Shown: piece by piece, positions 43,513 through 54,372 of the stretch
Numbering within the stretch: position 1 is the stretch's first letter
Layout of the letters: every line of letters begins with the position of its first letter
Assembly: GCA_044892505.1 (NCBI GenBank)
Contig: CM097883.1
Span: forward strand, 325,872,001-325,936,000
DNA: 64,000 bases
From: Schmidtea nova
Taxonomy: Eukaryota
Direction: 5' to 3'
Position numbers and translations under genes: made by a program
The notes under the pieces: model-generated
Told to the model about the DNA's origin: nothing
Database searches by the model: none
The model's input: only the letters and a program-made list of their open reading frames with translations

Positions 43513-45596
43513 AACCGAACCAATAAATAATTTTTTGAAAATCTTATTAAATACAATTTAAACAAATTTATTCTTATTGTTTTAATTAAATTAAAATAAA
43601 CCAATAAATTATATAAACATATATTTCTGAAACCGAGACAAACATATAACGTTCTTTAAAAGAATTTCTCTGAAAAACATACAGATTTTGATAATTCTCA
43701 AATATATCACCCTCGTGTACTTTAGGAACCACTTCTTGGCTCGACAGTCACGAAAGATTTATTAGAACCTTTACCGTTTTCAATAATTACTTTAAACAAA
43801 AAAACTTTATAACTTTTGAAAAATATAACTAGTTTGTCAAAAGTCAACGTTTCACAACTTTGATTCATCTCAACATTCTACATCAGAGAATAAAATAATA
43901 AAATAGTCAAAAAATAGTGAAACATTAAAAAACTTTTAAAGAATGAGATTATTCGACACCATGAAAGTAAAATATGATTTTTACAATTAATTTAAATTCA
44001 AATACCAAAAATATATTACATGTGATAATGAAACTCAATTTCGTTTTTAAAGAATTACCTAAAACAACAATAAATTCTACTTTATCTTTCATCGAAACGT
44101 CATAGTTGCCCAAAACAAGTACAGTCTCAGACCCGGGTTATCGTTATTAAATGGTCCTAGAAAAACACAATGAAATGAAAAATAACATTATACAAACCAA
44201 TTCAATATATTGGTAACATACCACCTGTTTTGATTATTACTTTATTTTGTTGAAAAAAGATAAAATAATGTGAAAATAATTTTATAAAAACAGTACAGCA
44301 AAGCTACGCGAAGTTGGAGTGGTGTATGATTATACTGGTGGACTAGAGTTAGAGCGAAACAAAGTTGTCCAGGACAAAGTCAACCGAGTGTGATTGTATT
44401 TCATAAACATGGTATTGAAATTAAAACCGCTTGTTGTAAAGGAATTATTAAATTAGATGTGAACGAATATAATTCTGCTAGATAAAAGAAATACAGCTGA
44501 CAAACTTTTAGAGAATTTTGTTTGTTACATAAGCTAAATGGTTGAACGACATTTGATTGGATAAAATTTAAAATCATCTATACGCTTTGAGTGATATTTT
44601 GTCACATTGTCGGCAGAATAATGAACTAAAGTCATATAAACCATTATCTAAACTTTTGAATTATCAGCTTTAAAAATATTTAATTTAAAGTCATCATTCT
44701 TTATTAATTGTACTAATTTAAAATATCAAACAATAAAAATTAAATTAATTTCCAAAGAAATGTCTTTAATTTCTTACTTTACTATTTTGTCTAATTTTCA
44801 GAAATCTTAACACAAGCTATTTTAATATTTCAAGAATTTGTTTTAATATTACAATGTTTGTAACATTTACAAATTAATTATAAAATAAAAGATTATAAAG
44901 TATTGAAAACTTTGTTATTGGCTTTGTTGATGTTTTGGAAACATCTGTATTTCGTATTATGACTTTCGAAAAATACAAATAAAATTCCCTAACTTTTCAA
45001 TAGAAAGAATGATAACTGACATCATAGTTGATTAATAAATGTTTATAAATAATTGCCACTTAAATTTAGAAATTTATTCAATTGCATGAAAATCTAGTTT
45101 TGGGATAAATGTCTAATGATTTGTAAACTAATTGAATAGTTCTTGACTAATTTATTTACTCACATCGATAGATAATATTTTATTGGTCAAATTTTAAAAT
45201 AAATTTCACTAATCCTTGTTTTTAAAAATGAAAACTTTAATTAATGTAAAATCAAGAACATTGTATTTATTTTAATTTTAGTCTTATTTAGAATGGGTGT
45301 AACAAATTTATGATTATAGAACTTTTCGTAAATTTTGAATTTTCATTTGAACTTTATTTCACTCTACATAAATCTCAATAGACCATGTCGTTGGTTGGCT
45401 GAAATAGTTGCTTTTATATTTACATTGCGATTTGCTTTACATAAGCGATTGTATAAATAAAATATTTTTCAAAGTTTTCTAAACAACATAAATAAAATAT
45501 TTACTATATGTGAGACAAATAAACAAACACTTTTAAAATGTCTATAAAACCATCTATAATTAAAATTAGAAAAGTAATTACAGTTTAAGAAAGAAA

Positions 45597-46425
45597 ATGA
45601 GAAATTCTGTACTATTTGGTATAATGATAAGTGTCGTTATAGCAGTTATCCAGTGTGACGTGACTCCTGACCAACAACAACAATTGATTGATGTTCACAA
45701 TAAATACCGTCGAGATGTTGCTCAGGGTAAAATCAGTGGACAACCAGCTGCTGCAAATATGTTGGAATTGGTACGCGATTTCTATCTTATTTCTAAATTC
45801 AATAGTTTCTGGCATGTTTAAACAATCATTGATGTTTCGTTTCAGAAATGGAACGATGAAGCTGCACAAAGAGCTCAAATCTCGGCTGATCGTTGCGTTT
45901 TCGAACATGATAAATCGAGAAATCGTAGATTCGGAAGGTATGATTGGGTTGGTCAAAATATTGCATACTGGTCAAGCGATGATGTGACAGAGTGAGAAAT
46001 CAAGCAAATGATAGTTTTATTGTTTTCATTTGAATTTTAGCGGTGTCAAGATGTGGTTCGACGAAGTAAAAGATTACACATTCAATGGAGATAGATGTAC
46101 CGGATTTACATGCTTACATTACACAGCTGTAATTTATAATTCCATTTCCAACTGAAATTTATGGCAATTTTGTTCTAGTTAATCTGGGCTAAAACCAAAG
46201 AATTCGGATGTGGCATTGCAGACTGTTCACGACAAAACTTAGGAAATATCTTCATCGTATGTAATTACGGACCCGGGTAAAGAATTAGATTTTTCGTTGT
46301 CGAATATGACTGAAATGTGTTTTGTTTTCAGTGGAAATTGGAACAATGAAGCCCCTTATCAAGTTGGTCAAACCTGTTCTAGATGTCCAAATGGAACCCG
46401 ATGCAACAATGGACTATGCAGTTAA
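45597..46425 (+). CDS. CAP/VAL protein, copy 16 (S89R)
   Basis: Same structure; AGT>AGG in exon 2. Confidence 0.95.
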
Positions 46426-48509
46426 AACCGAACCAATAAATAATTTTTTGAAAATCTTATTAAATACAATTTAAACAAATTTATTCTTATTGTTTTAATT
46501 AAATTAAAATAAACCAATAAATTATATAAACATATATTTCTGAAACCGAGACAAACATATAACGTTCTTTAAAAGAATTTCTCTGAAAAACATACAGATT
46601 TTGATAATTCTCAAATATATCACCCTCGTGTACTTTAGGAACCACTTCTTGGCTCGACAGTCACGAAAGATTTATTAGAACCTTTACCGTTTTCAATAAT
46701 TACTTTAAACAAAAAAACTTTATAACTTTTGAAAAATATAACTAGTTTGTCAAAAGTCAACGTTTCACAACTTTGATTCATCTCAACATTCTACATCAGA
46801 GAATAAAATAATAAAATAGTCAAAAAATAGTGAAACATTAAAAAACTTTTAAAGAATGAGATTATTCGACACCATGAAAGTAAAATATGATTTTTACAAT
46901 TAATTTAAATTCAAATACCAAAAATATATTACATGTGATAATGAAACTCAATTTCGTTTTTAAAGAATTACCTAAAACAACAATAAATTCTACTTTATCT
47001 TTCATCGAAACGTCATAGTTGCCCAAAACAAGTACAGTCTCAGACCCGGGTTATCGTTATTAAATGGTCCTAGAAAAACACAATGAAATGAAAAATAACA
47101 TTATACAAACCAATTCAATATATTGGTAACATACCACCTGTTTTGATTATTACTTTATTTTGTTGAAAAAAGATAAAATAATGTGAAAATAATTTTATAA
47201 AAACAGTACAGCAAAGCTACGCGAAGTTGGAGTGGTGTATGATTATACTGGTGGACTAGAGTTAGAGCGAAACAAAGTTGTCCAGGACAAAGTCAACCGA
47301 GTGTGATTGTATTTCATAAACATGGTATTGAAATTAAAACCGCTTGTTGTAAAGGAATTATTAAATTAGATGTGAACGAATATAATTCTGCTAGATAAAA
47401 GAAATACAGCTGACAAACTTTTAGAGAATTTTGTTTGTTACATAAGCTAAATGGTTGAACGACATTTGATTGGATAAAATTTAAAATCATCTATACGCTT
47501 TGAGTGATATTTTGTCACATTGTCGGCAGAATAATGAACTAAAGTCATATAAACCATTATCTAAACTTTTGAATTATCAGCTTTAAAAATATTTAATTTA
47601 AAGTCATCATTCTTTATTAATTGTACTAATTTAAAATATCAAACAATAAAAATTAAATTAATTTCCAAAGAAATGTCTTTAATTTCTTACTTTACTATTT
47701 TGTCTAATTTTCAGAAATCTTAACACAAGCTATTTTAATATTTCAAGAATTTGTTTTAATATTACAATGTTTGTAACATTTACAAATTAATTATAAAATA
47801 AAAGATTATAAAGTATTGAAAACTTTGTTATTGGCTTTGTTGATGTTTTGGAAACATCTGTATTTCGTATTATGACTTTCGAAAAATACAAATAAAATTC
47901 CCTAACTTTTCAATAGAAAGAATGATAACTGACATCATAGTTGATTAATAAATGTTTATAAATAATTGCCACTTAAATTTAGAAATTTATTCAATTGCAT
48001 GAAAATCTAGTTTTGGGATAAATGTCTAATGATTTGTAAACTAATTGAATAGTTCTTGACTAATTTATTTACTCACATCGATAGATAATATTTTATTGGT
48101 CAAATTTTAAAATAAATTTCACTAATCCTTGTTTTTAAAAATGAAAACTTTAATTAATGTAAAATCAAGAACATTGTATTTATTTTAATTTTAGTCTTAT
48201 TTAGAATGGGTGTAACAAATTTATGATTATAGAACTTTTCGTAAATTTTGAATTTTCATTTGAACTTTATTTCACTCTACATAAATCTCAATAGACCATG
48301 TCGTTGGTTGGCTGAAATAGTTGCTTTTATATTTACATTGCGATTTGCTTTACATAAGCGATTGTATAAATAAAATATTTTTCAAAGTTTTCTAAACAAC
48401 ATAAATAAAATATTTACTATATGTGAGACAAATAAACAAACACTTTTAAAATGTCTATAAAACCATCTATAATTAAAATTAGAAAAGTAATTACAGTTTA
48501 AGAAAGAAA

Positions 48510-49338
48510 ATGAGAAATTCTGTACTATTTGGTATAATGATAAGTGTCGTTATAGCAGTTATCCAGTGTGACGTGACTCCTGACCAACAACAACAATTGA
48601 TTGATGTTCACAATAAATACCGTCGAGATGTTGCTCAGGGTAAAATCAGTGGACAACCAGCTGCTGCAAATATGTTGGAATTGGTACGCGATTTCTATCT
48701 TATTTCTAAATTCAATAGTTTCTGGCATGTTTAAACAATCATTGATGTTTCGTTTCAGAAATGGAACGATGAAGCTGCACAAAGAGCTCAAATCTCGGCT
48801 GATGGTTGCGTTTTCGAACATGATAAATCGAGAAATCGTAGATTCGGAAGGTATGATTGGGTTGGTCAAAATATTGCATACTGGTCAAGCGATGATGTGA
48901 CAGAGTGAGAAATCAAGCAAATGATAGTTTTATTGTTTTCATTTGAATTTTAGCGGTGTCAAGATGTGGTTCGACGAAGTAAAAGATTACACATTCAATG
49001 GAGATAGATGTACCGGATTTACATGCTTACATTACACAGCTGTAATTTATAATTCCATTTCCAACTGAAATTTATGGCAATTTTGTTCTAGTTAATCTGG
49101 GCTAAAACCAAAGAATTCGGATGTGGCATTGCAGACTGTTCACGACAAAACTTAGGAAATATCTTCATCGTATGTAATTACGGACCCGGGTAAAGAATTA
49201 GATTTTTCGTTGTCGAATATGACTGAAATGTGTTTTGTTTTCAGTGGAAATTGGAACAATGAAGCCCCTTATCAAGTTGGTCAAACCTGTTCTAGATGTC
49301 CAAATGGAACCCGATGCAACAATGGACTATGCAGTTAA
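48510..49338 (+). CDS. CAP/VAL protein, copy 17 (R74G, S89R)
   Basis: Same structure; CGT>GGT at 48804 plus AGT>AGG in exon 2. Confidence 0.95.
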
Positions 49339-49594
49339 AACCGAACCAATAAATAATTTTTTGAAAATCTTATTAAATACAATTTAAACAAATTTATTCT
49401 TATTGTTTTAATTAAATTAAAATAAACCAATAAATTATATAAACATATATTTCTGAAACAGAGACAAACATATAACGTTCTTTAAAAGAATTTCTCTGAA
49501 AAACATACAGATTTTGATAATTCTCAAATATATCACCCTCGTGTACTTTAGGAACCACTTCTTGGCTCGACAGTCACGAAAGATTTATTAGAAC

Positions 49595-49703
49595 TGTGAG
49601 ATAATAAGACAATTTAAATATTTATTCAGTCAATAAATCTACTTATTTAAACAACTTTATTTTCTTTTATAAATCATTATTTTAAATTATTCTTCTTTAT
49701 ACA
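49595..49703 (-). repeat. Element A 3' LTR (109 bp)
   Basis: TGTGAGATAA...TTTATACA on the + strand; identical to 53053-53161. Confidence 0.97.
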
Positions 49704-52375
49704 TCTCCATGAGATTCTAACAAATCTTCATTCCTGTGCCTCAAGTCAGCTACATGACGCGGCATTGCCACGGTTCCGTAATCGACGATTGCTTTATGCG
49801 GAGACAGCAGCTTCATGATTCTTCCTCTCATCCAGGAAGATGTACATGGTTGATTTTTCGCGGGTTTCACCCACACCTTGTCGTTAATCTGAAAGCCATT
49901 GTCTATTTGTTGAGCCGTTCTTTTCGTTTCATTAAATCGAAGTCTTAGGTCATAAGCGTAAATGCCTTTTATCGGAGGTCTGGAAGAACCATTTACTGGT
50001 GTTTTATTGTACCAGTAAATTGCTTCTTGCACTGAGCATTCCGATCGCGTGACTGCAGCTTTTATTGTTTTATGGTTCCTCTCAATAATGCCGTTGCCTG
50101 CTGGTCTATTAGCGGATCTGAATTCAGTTCTAATTCTCCACCTTTTCATTAGAGAAGTGAAAGTTTCTGACCTAAACGATAAGTAATTGTCCAACAGAAG
50201 CTCGTCAGGAGGTCCTCTTTCATAAAATACCTGTTCCAACTGCTTGCAAATTTCGTCTGCGCTTTCGTTTCGTATTTCTCGCCAAATCGCAAATCGAGAA
50301 GGCCCGCAATCTATGATTGTTAAAAATTTTCTTTGATGTAATTTAGTCACATCGATAGCTAATCGTTTCCAAGAATCTTTTACCTCTAATTGCCCTTTGC
50401 TGATCTTAACCGGATGAGGGTCTATTGATTGACATTTGTTACACTTCTCGACAATCTCTTTTAACTCATTTTGAGAAAGGTTAATTCCTGCTTCCTCGGT
50501 CAAGAACCTCAACCGATCTCCTCCGAAATGGCTTAATTTGTGTATTTCAACTGCGTTCTTGATGGGATCTTCACCCGGGTCTAGCAACGCCGTATTACAC
50601 GTATGTTTCGTAATCCAATTTGAGGGAATTCTGGTTAATATGTCGGATTTATTTTTGTCTGTTGGAACGTATTCTATTTCAGCCTTTATCTCATATTCAA
50701 TAATTAATTCTTCAATTATGTTGAGCCTTCTTTTTACTAACATTTCTGAGGAAGCTTTAGTTGAAACCTTTCTCTCGGATGTCAAGGCATTATGTACCCA
50801 ACTTACCACGGATTTGTTATCCGACATGATCTTAACGGTCTTTAAATTCCATTTGATGCATAAGTTGATGCCTTTAACGATCGCCTCAAGTTCGCACAGG
50901 TTAATGTGCCTAACGTCCTTCTCCTTTCTCAACCAGCATGCGTCTTCCATAATATTTCCGTCGATTTCTAGCGCTGCTCCTATGGCGATAGAGCTGGCAT
51001 CACACCATAAAATATTTCCTCTGTCCATTGGTGCTTTCCATATACCATGAGCTGGATCATTCTTTTCAACCTCCTTTATTAACCATTTAACTTTGTTTAG
51101 TAATTGAACGTCGATTGGCCGGTCCCATTCTCCTTCGCTTAATCGTTTGAGATAAGAGCACGCGGGTCGTAACCAACCTGCAACTGGAAGAATTCCGGTT
51201 AATTGACCGCATAACGAATACAGTTCTCGTCTGTCCATTCTCTTTTCTTCAAATTCGTACCGGATGACATTGGCTCGGTTCCATTTTAATAAGTTATCCT
51301 CAATATGAACTGATAATCCAAGTATTCTTAGAGCATTTGTTGATGAGGGGCGTTCAATTTCTTTCGTCATCAAGTTAAATTTTCCTAGCCAGGCTTTTAC
51401 TTCTTCAGCTGGGACAACTTCTTCGTCGATAACAATATCGTCAATGTACGCACTGGCTCCTTGTTTTATTCTGTCATATAAACCCAACACGTAGTTAACG
51501 ATCTCTGTCATAATACTGGGAGCGATATTGATTCCGAAGCCTAGTCTTGTCAATGCATATCGCCTTCCGTTTACAATGCATGACTGGTACTTCCACATAC
51601 TCTCATCAACCCGGATTTGCATGTATGCATCAGATAAATCCAAAATCGCTATTTTCTTTCCCTTCTTTCTCCAATCTCTTATTGTTTCATTGCAAACTAC
51701 TGCTTCTCCACTATAGACGTCTAAATAATGATTTAAAGCTCTAAAATCGAACACTGGCCGTATTTTGCTCTTGTTCTTTTGCATAACCGGAAATAAAGTT
51801 ACTGCTCCAACAGGCTTACCGAACCGGTTTTCGTCATATTCGACTAACCATCCATTTTTGACCCACTGCTCGATGACTTTGAGAGCCTGGCCTGCTTTGG
51901 TCTTATCTGGATCTAACTTGGAATATCGATCTGACATTGATACTGGGGGTTCTGTGTTCCAATTCCATGATACCATCCATTCTTTGTTGAACGTTGCTTC
52001 GAAGTTCTTCCTTTGAATTAAAAAACTCTGAGCTTCGTTTCCGTTTACAGCCATCAAACATTTCAATTCACATCCGAATCTGACGTCTTCACTGATTGTC
52101 ACTCCTCCTAGTGCTATAATGGCGTTCATACCTAATATGACATCATATCCCGCTATCATTTTTCTAGAAATAAAACAGTCAATGATAAAGTACTTTCCTT
52201 CTAATTCGATTTCTGCCTTGCTCTGGCTCACTGGCAGTATTGATCCATCTGCTAAGAACACTTGAGCGTTGGGTGATGTGATGGCTTCTCCGCGTATAAT
52301 TGTTGTCGAGCAGCCGGAATCTATAAGACAAAGACGTTTTGATCCATTTATGGAAAGGAGTCTTTCTTTTAACAT
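49697..52375 (-). CDS. pol: Element A Pol (protease, RT, RNase H, integrase); frame open up to 52432, probably reached by -1 frameshift
   Basis: Protease LIDSGCS. RT LDLSDAY and YIDD. RNase H CDAS..ELEA..SDN..NKSDILTR. Integrase HKLSH..CNKC and D..D-35-E (IDV, LDNY, IIER). The stop codon lies inside the 3' LTR. Confidence 0.95.
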   Translation of the reverse strand: MLKERLLSINGSKRLCLIDSGCSTTIIRGEAITSPNAQVFLADGSILPVSQSKAEIELEGKYFIIDCFISRKMIAGYDVILGMNAIIALGGVTISEDVRFGCELKCLMAVNGNEAQSFLIQRKNFEATFNKEWMVSWNWNTEPPVSMSDRYSKLDPDKTKAGQALKVIEQWVKNGWLVEYDENRFGKPVGAVTLFPVMQKNKSKIRPVFDFRALNHYLDVYSGEAVVCNETIRDWRKKGKKIAILDLSDAYMQIRVDESMWKYQSCIVNGRRYALTRLGFGINIAPSIMTEIVNYVLGLYDRIKQGASAYIDDIVIDEEVVPAEEVKAWLGKFNLMTKEIERPSSTNALRILGLSVHIEDNLLKWNRANVIRYEFEEKRMDRRELYSLCGQLTGILPVAGWLRPACSYLKRLSEGEWDRPIDVQLLNKVKWLIKEVEKNDPAHGIWKAPMDRGNILWCDASSIAIGAALEIDGNIMEDACWLRKEKDVRHINLCELEAIVKGINLCIKWNLKTVKIMSDNKSVVSWVHNALTSERKVSTKASSEMLVKRRLNIIEELIIEYEIKAEIEYVPTDKNKSDILTRIPSNWITKHTCNTALLDPGEDPIKNAVEIHKLSHFGGDRLRFLTEEAGINLSQNELKEIVEKCNKCQSIDPHPVKISKGQLEVKDSWKRLAIDVTKLHQRKFLTIIDCGPSRFAIWREIRNESADEICKQLEQVFYERGPPDELLLDNYLSFRSETFTSLMKRWRIRTEFRSANRPAGNGIIERNHKTIKAAVTRSECSVQEAIYWYNKTPVNGSSRPPIKGIYAYDLRLRFNETKRTAQQIDNGFQINDKVWVKPAKNQPCTSSWMRGRIMKLLSPHKAIVDYGTVAMPRHVADLRHRNEDLLESHGDV

Positions 52376-53070
52376 CTTTTTGGGATCGAGAGAGACTCCT
52401 GAATATTCTCGATCCCGTTGTCTTTTCCCGATTTACAATATCGGGATTGGTGTCCAAGCATTTCACACCTAGAACATTGAATTTTTTTCTTGTTCGGACA
52501 GTTACGGGCAAAATGATTTTCATTACAAATATAACATTGCATCTTCTTTATCTTCGCCACAAAGGCAGACTGATGTCCATGAGTTAGATTCAGTCGTGAA
52601 ACGATGTCACCGATTGCGTCGATCGTCGTTGATCCTTGTCGTCTCACCTCAGCTGCGATTTCTACTGGCAAGGATTTGATTATAATGTTTATTAAGAGAT
52701 CTCCAGCGTTACAAGCCAGATTCTTCATTTCTGATAAATGAATGTTAATATTGTCCCCGATCTGGAATCTCTTGTTTAACAACTTGGAAAAACATGCTTC
52801 TGGGGGATCGCTGAAAGCTCGTATCAATGATATTTTAATTTCTTCATAACTAATATCTTCGTTTTTCGTTGCTTCCTTCAAGGTGATAAATGCCTTCCCC
52901 TTCATGACAGCAGGTAAAATTTCTTTTTTTCCATTGAATTTGTGAAGCTTGCATATTAATTCAAACTTATCGAACCATTCATCGATTTTCACGGTTTCGC
53001 CGTCAAAACATTCGATTGCATTCAATATATCTTTTATCATGCCCGGATAGCTTGTGAGATAATAAGACAA
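52369..53070 (-). CDS. gag: Element A Gag (start at ATG 53070 inside the LTR, or at ATG 53040 right after the PBS)
   Basis: FDGE..IDEWFDKFE capsid-like N-terminus and two zinc knuckles, CYICNENHFARNC and CSRCEMLGHQSRYC. Confidence 0.92.
   Translation of the reverse strand: MSYYLTSYPGMIKDILNAIECFDGETVKIDEWFDKFELICKLHKFNGKKEILPAVMKGKAFITLKEATKNEDISYEEIKISLIRAFSDPPEACFSKLLNKRFQIGDNINIHLSEMKNLACNAGDLLINIIIKSLPVEIAAEVRRQGSTTIDAIGDIVSRLNLTHGHQSAFVAKIKKMQCYICNENHFARNCPNKKKIQCSRCEMLGHQSRYCKSGKDNGIENIQESLSIPKRC
52382..52429 (-). promoter_or_regulatory. Element A -1 programmed ribosomal frameshift signal
   Basis: G_GGA_AAA heptamer in the gag frame (52429-52423), a 6-nt spacer, then a perfect 10-bp stem GGGATCGAGA/TCTCGATCCC. 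Pol is in the -1 frame and open from 52432. Confidence 0.85.
53041..53052 (-). promoter_or_regulatory. Element A non-canonical primer-binding site AGCTATCCGGGC, complementary to nt 1-12 of tRNA-Lys(UUU)
   Basis: Abuts the 5' LTR with no gap. The + strand reads GCCCGGATAGCT, which is the 5' end of metazoan tRNA-Lys(UUU) as I recall it (GCCCGGAUAGCUCAG...). There is no TGG start. Confidence 0.75.
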
Positions 53071-53161
53071 TTTAAATATTTATTCAGTCAATAAATCTAC
53101 TTATTTAAACAACTTTATTTTCTTTTATAAATCATTATTTTAAATTATTCTTCTTTATACA
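53053..53161 (-). repeat. Element A 5' LTR (109 bp)
   Basis: Identical to 49595-49703. Confidence 0.97.
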
Positions 53162-54231
53162 AGAACCTTTACCGTTTTCAATAATTACTTTAAACAAAAA
53201 AACTTTATAACTTTTGAAAAATATAACTAGTTTGTCAAAAGTCAACGTTTCACAACTTTGATTCATCTCAACATTCTACATCAGAGAATAAAATAATAAA
53301 ATAGTCAAAAAATAGTGAAACATTAAAAAACTTTTAAAGAATGAGATTATTCGACACCATGAAAGTAAAATATGATTTTTACAATTAATTTAAATTCAAA
53401 TACCAAAAATATATTACATGTGATAATGAAACTCAATTTCGTTTTTAAAGAATTACCTAAAACAACAATAAATTCTACTTTATCTTTCATCGAAACGTCA
53501 TAGTTGCCCAAAACAAGTACAGTCTCAGACCCGGGTTATCGTTATTAAATGGTCCTAGAAAAACACAATGAAATGAAAAATAACATTATACAAACCAATT
53601 CAATATATTGGTAACATACCACCTGTTTTGATTATTACTTTATTTTGTTGAAAAAAGATAAAATAATGTGAAAATAATTTTATAAAAACAGTACAGCAAA
53701 GCTACGCGAAGTTGGAGTGGTGTATGATTATACTGGTGGACTAGAGTTAGAGCGAAACAAAGTTGTCCAGGACAAAGTCAACCGAGTGTGATTGTATTTC
53801 ATAAACATGGTATTGAAATTAAAACCGCTTGTTGTAAAGGAATTATTAAATTAGATGTGAACGAATATAATTCTGCTAGATAAAAGAAATACAGCTGACA
53901 AACTTTTAGAGAATTTTGTTTGTTACATAAGCTAAATGGTTGAACGACATTTGATTGGATAAAATTTAAAATCATCTATACGCTTTGAGTGATATTTTGT
54001 CACATTGTCGGCAGAATAATGAACTAAAGTCATATAAACCATTATCTAAACTTTTGAATTATCAGCTTTAAAAATATTTAATTTAAAGTCATCATTCTTT
54101 ATTAATTGTACTAATTTAAAATATCAAACAATAAAAATTAAATTAATTTCCAAAGAAATGTCTTTAATTTCTTACTTTACTATTTTGTCTAATTTTTCAG
54201 AAATCTTAACACAAGCTATTTTAATATTTCA

Positions 54232-54361
54232 AGTAACTATCTTAATATCTGACATCAAAAATAAACAATTTAACAATTGAAAACTTAATATTTATTTTTA
54301 AAAACAACTCCTTCTTGTTGATTATTTAAACAACTTGTTTTTTAATAATCATTACATTACT
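54232..54361 (-). repeat. Element B 3' LTR (130 bp)
   Basis: AGTAA...TTACT terminal inverted repeat, adjacent to the PPT; the first 43 bp are duplicated at 58651. Confidence 0.9.
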
Positions 54362-54372
54362 TTCCCCTCCTC
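54362..54372 (-). promoter_or_regulatory. Element B polypurine tract GAGGAGGGGAA
   Basis: An 11-nt purine run immediately 5' of the 3' LTR, overlapping the pol stop codon. Confidence 0.9.

Larger units (their letters stand above)
49595..53161 (-). mobile_element. Element A: intact, compact (3567 bp) Ty3/gypsy-type LTR retrotransposon
   Basis: Identical 109-bp TG..CA LTRs, a 5-bp TSD AGAAC (49590-49594 and 53162-53166), gag and pol with PR-RT-RH-IN order. The host unit resumes exactly after the TSD. Confidence 0.97.

Noticed and set aside
53041-53052. A tRNA-Lys gene or SINE fragment next to the LTR
   Set aside because: The match stops after 12 nt, exactly at the LTR, with no B box or cloverleaf. 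It lies inside the TSD-bounded element at the PBS position.
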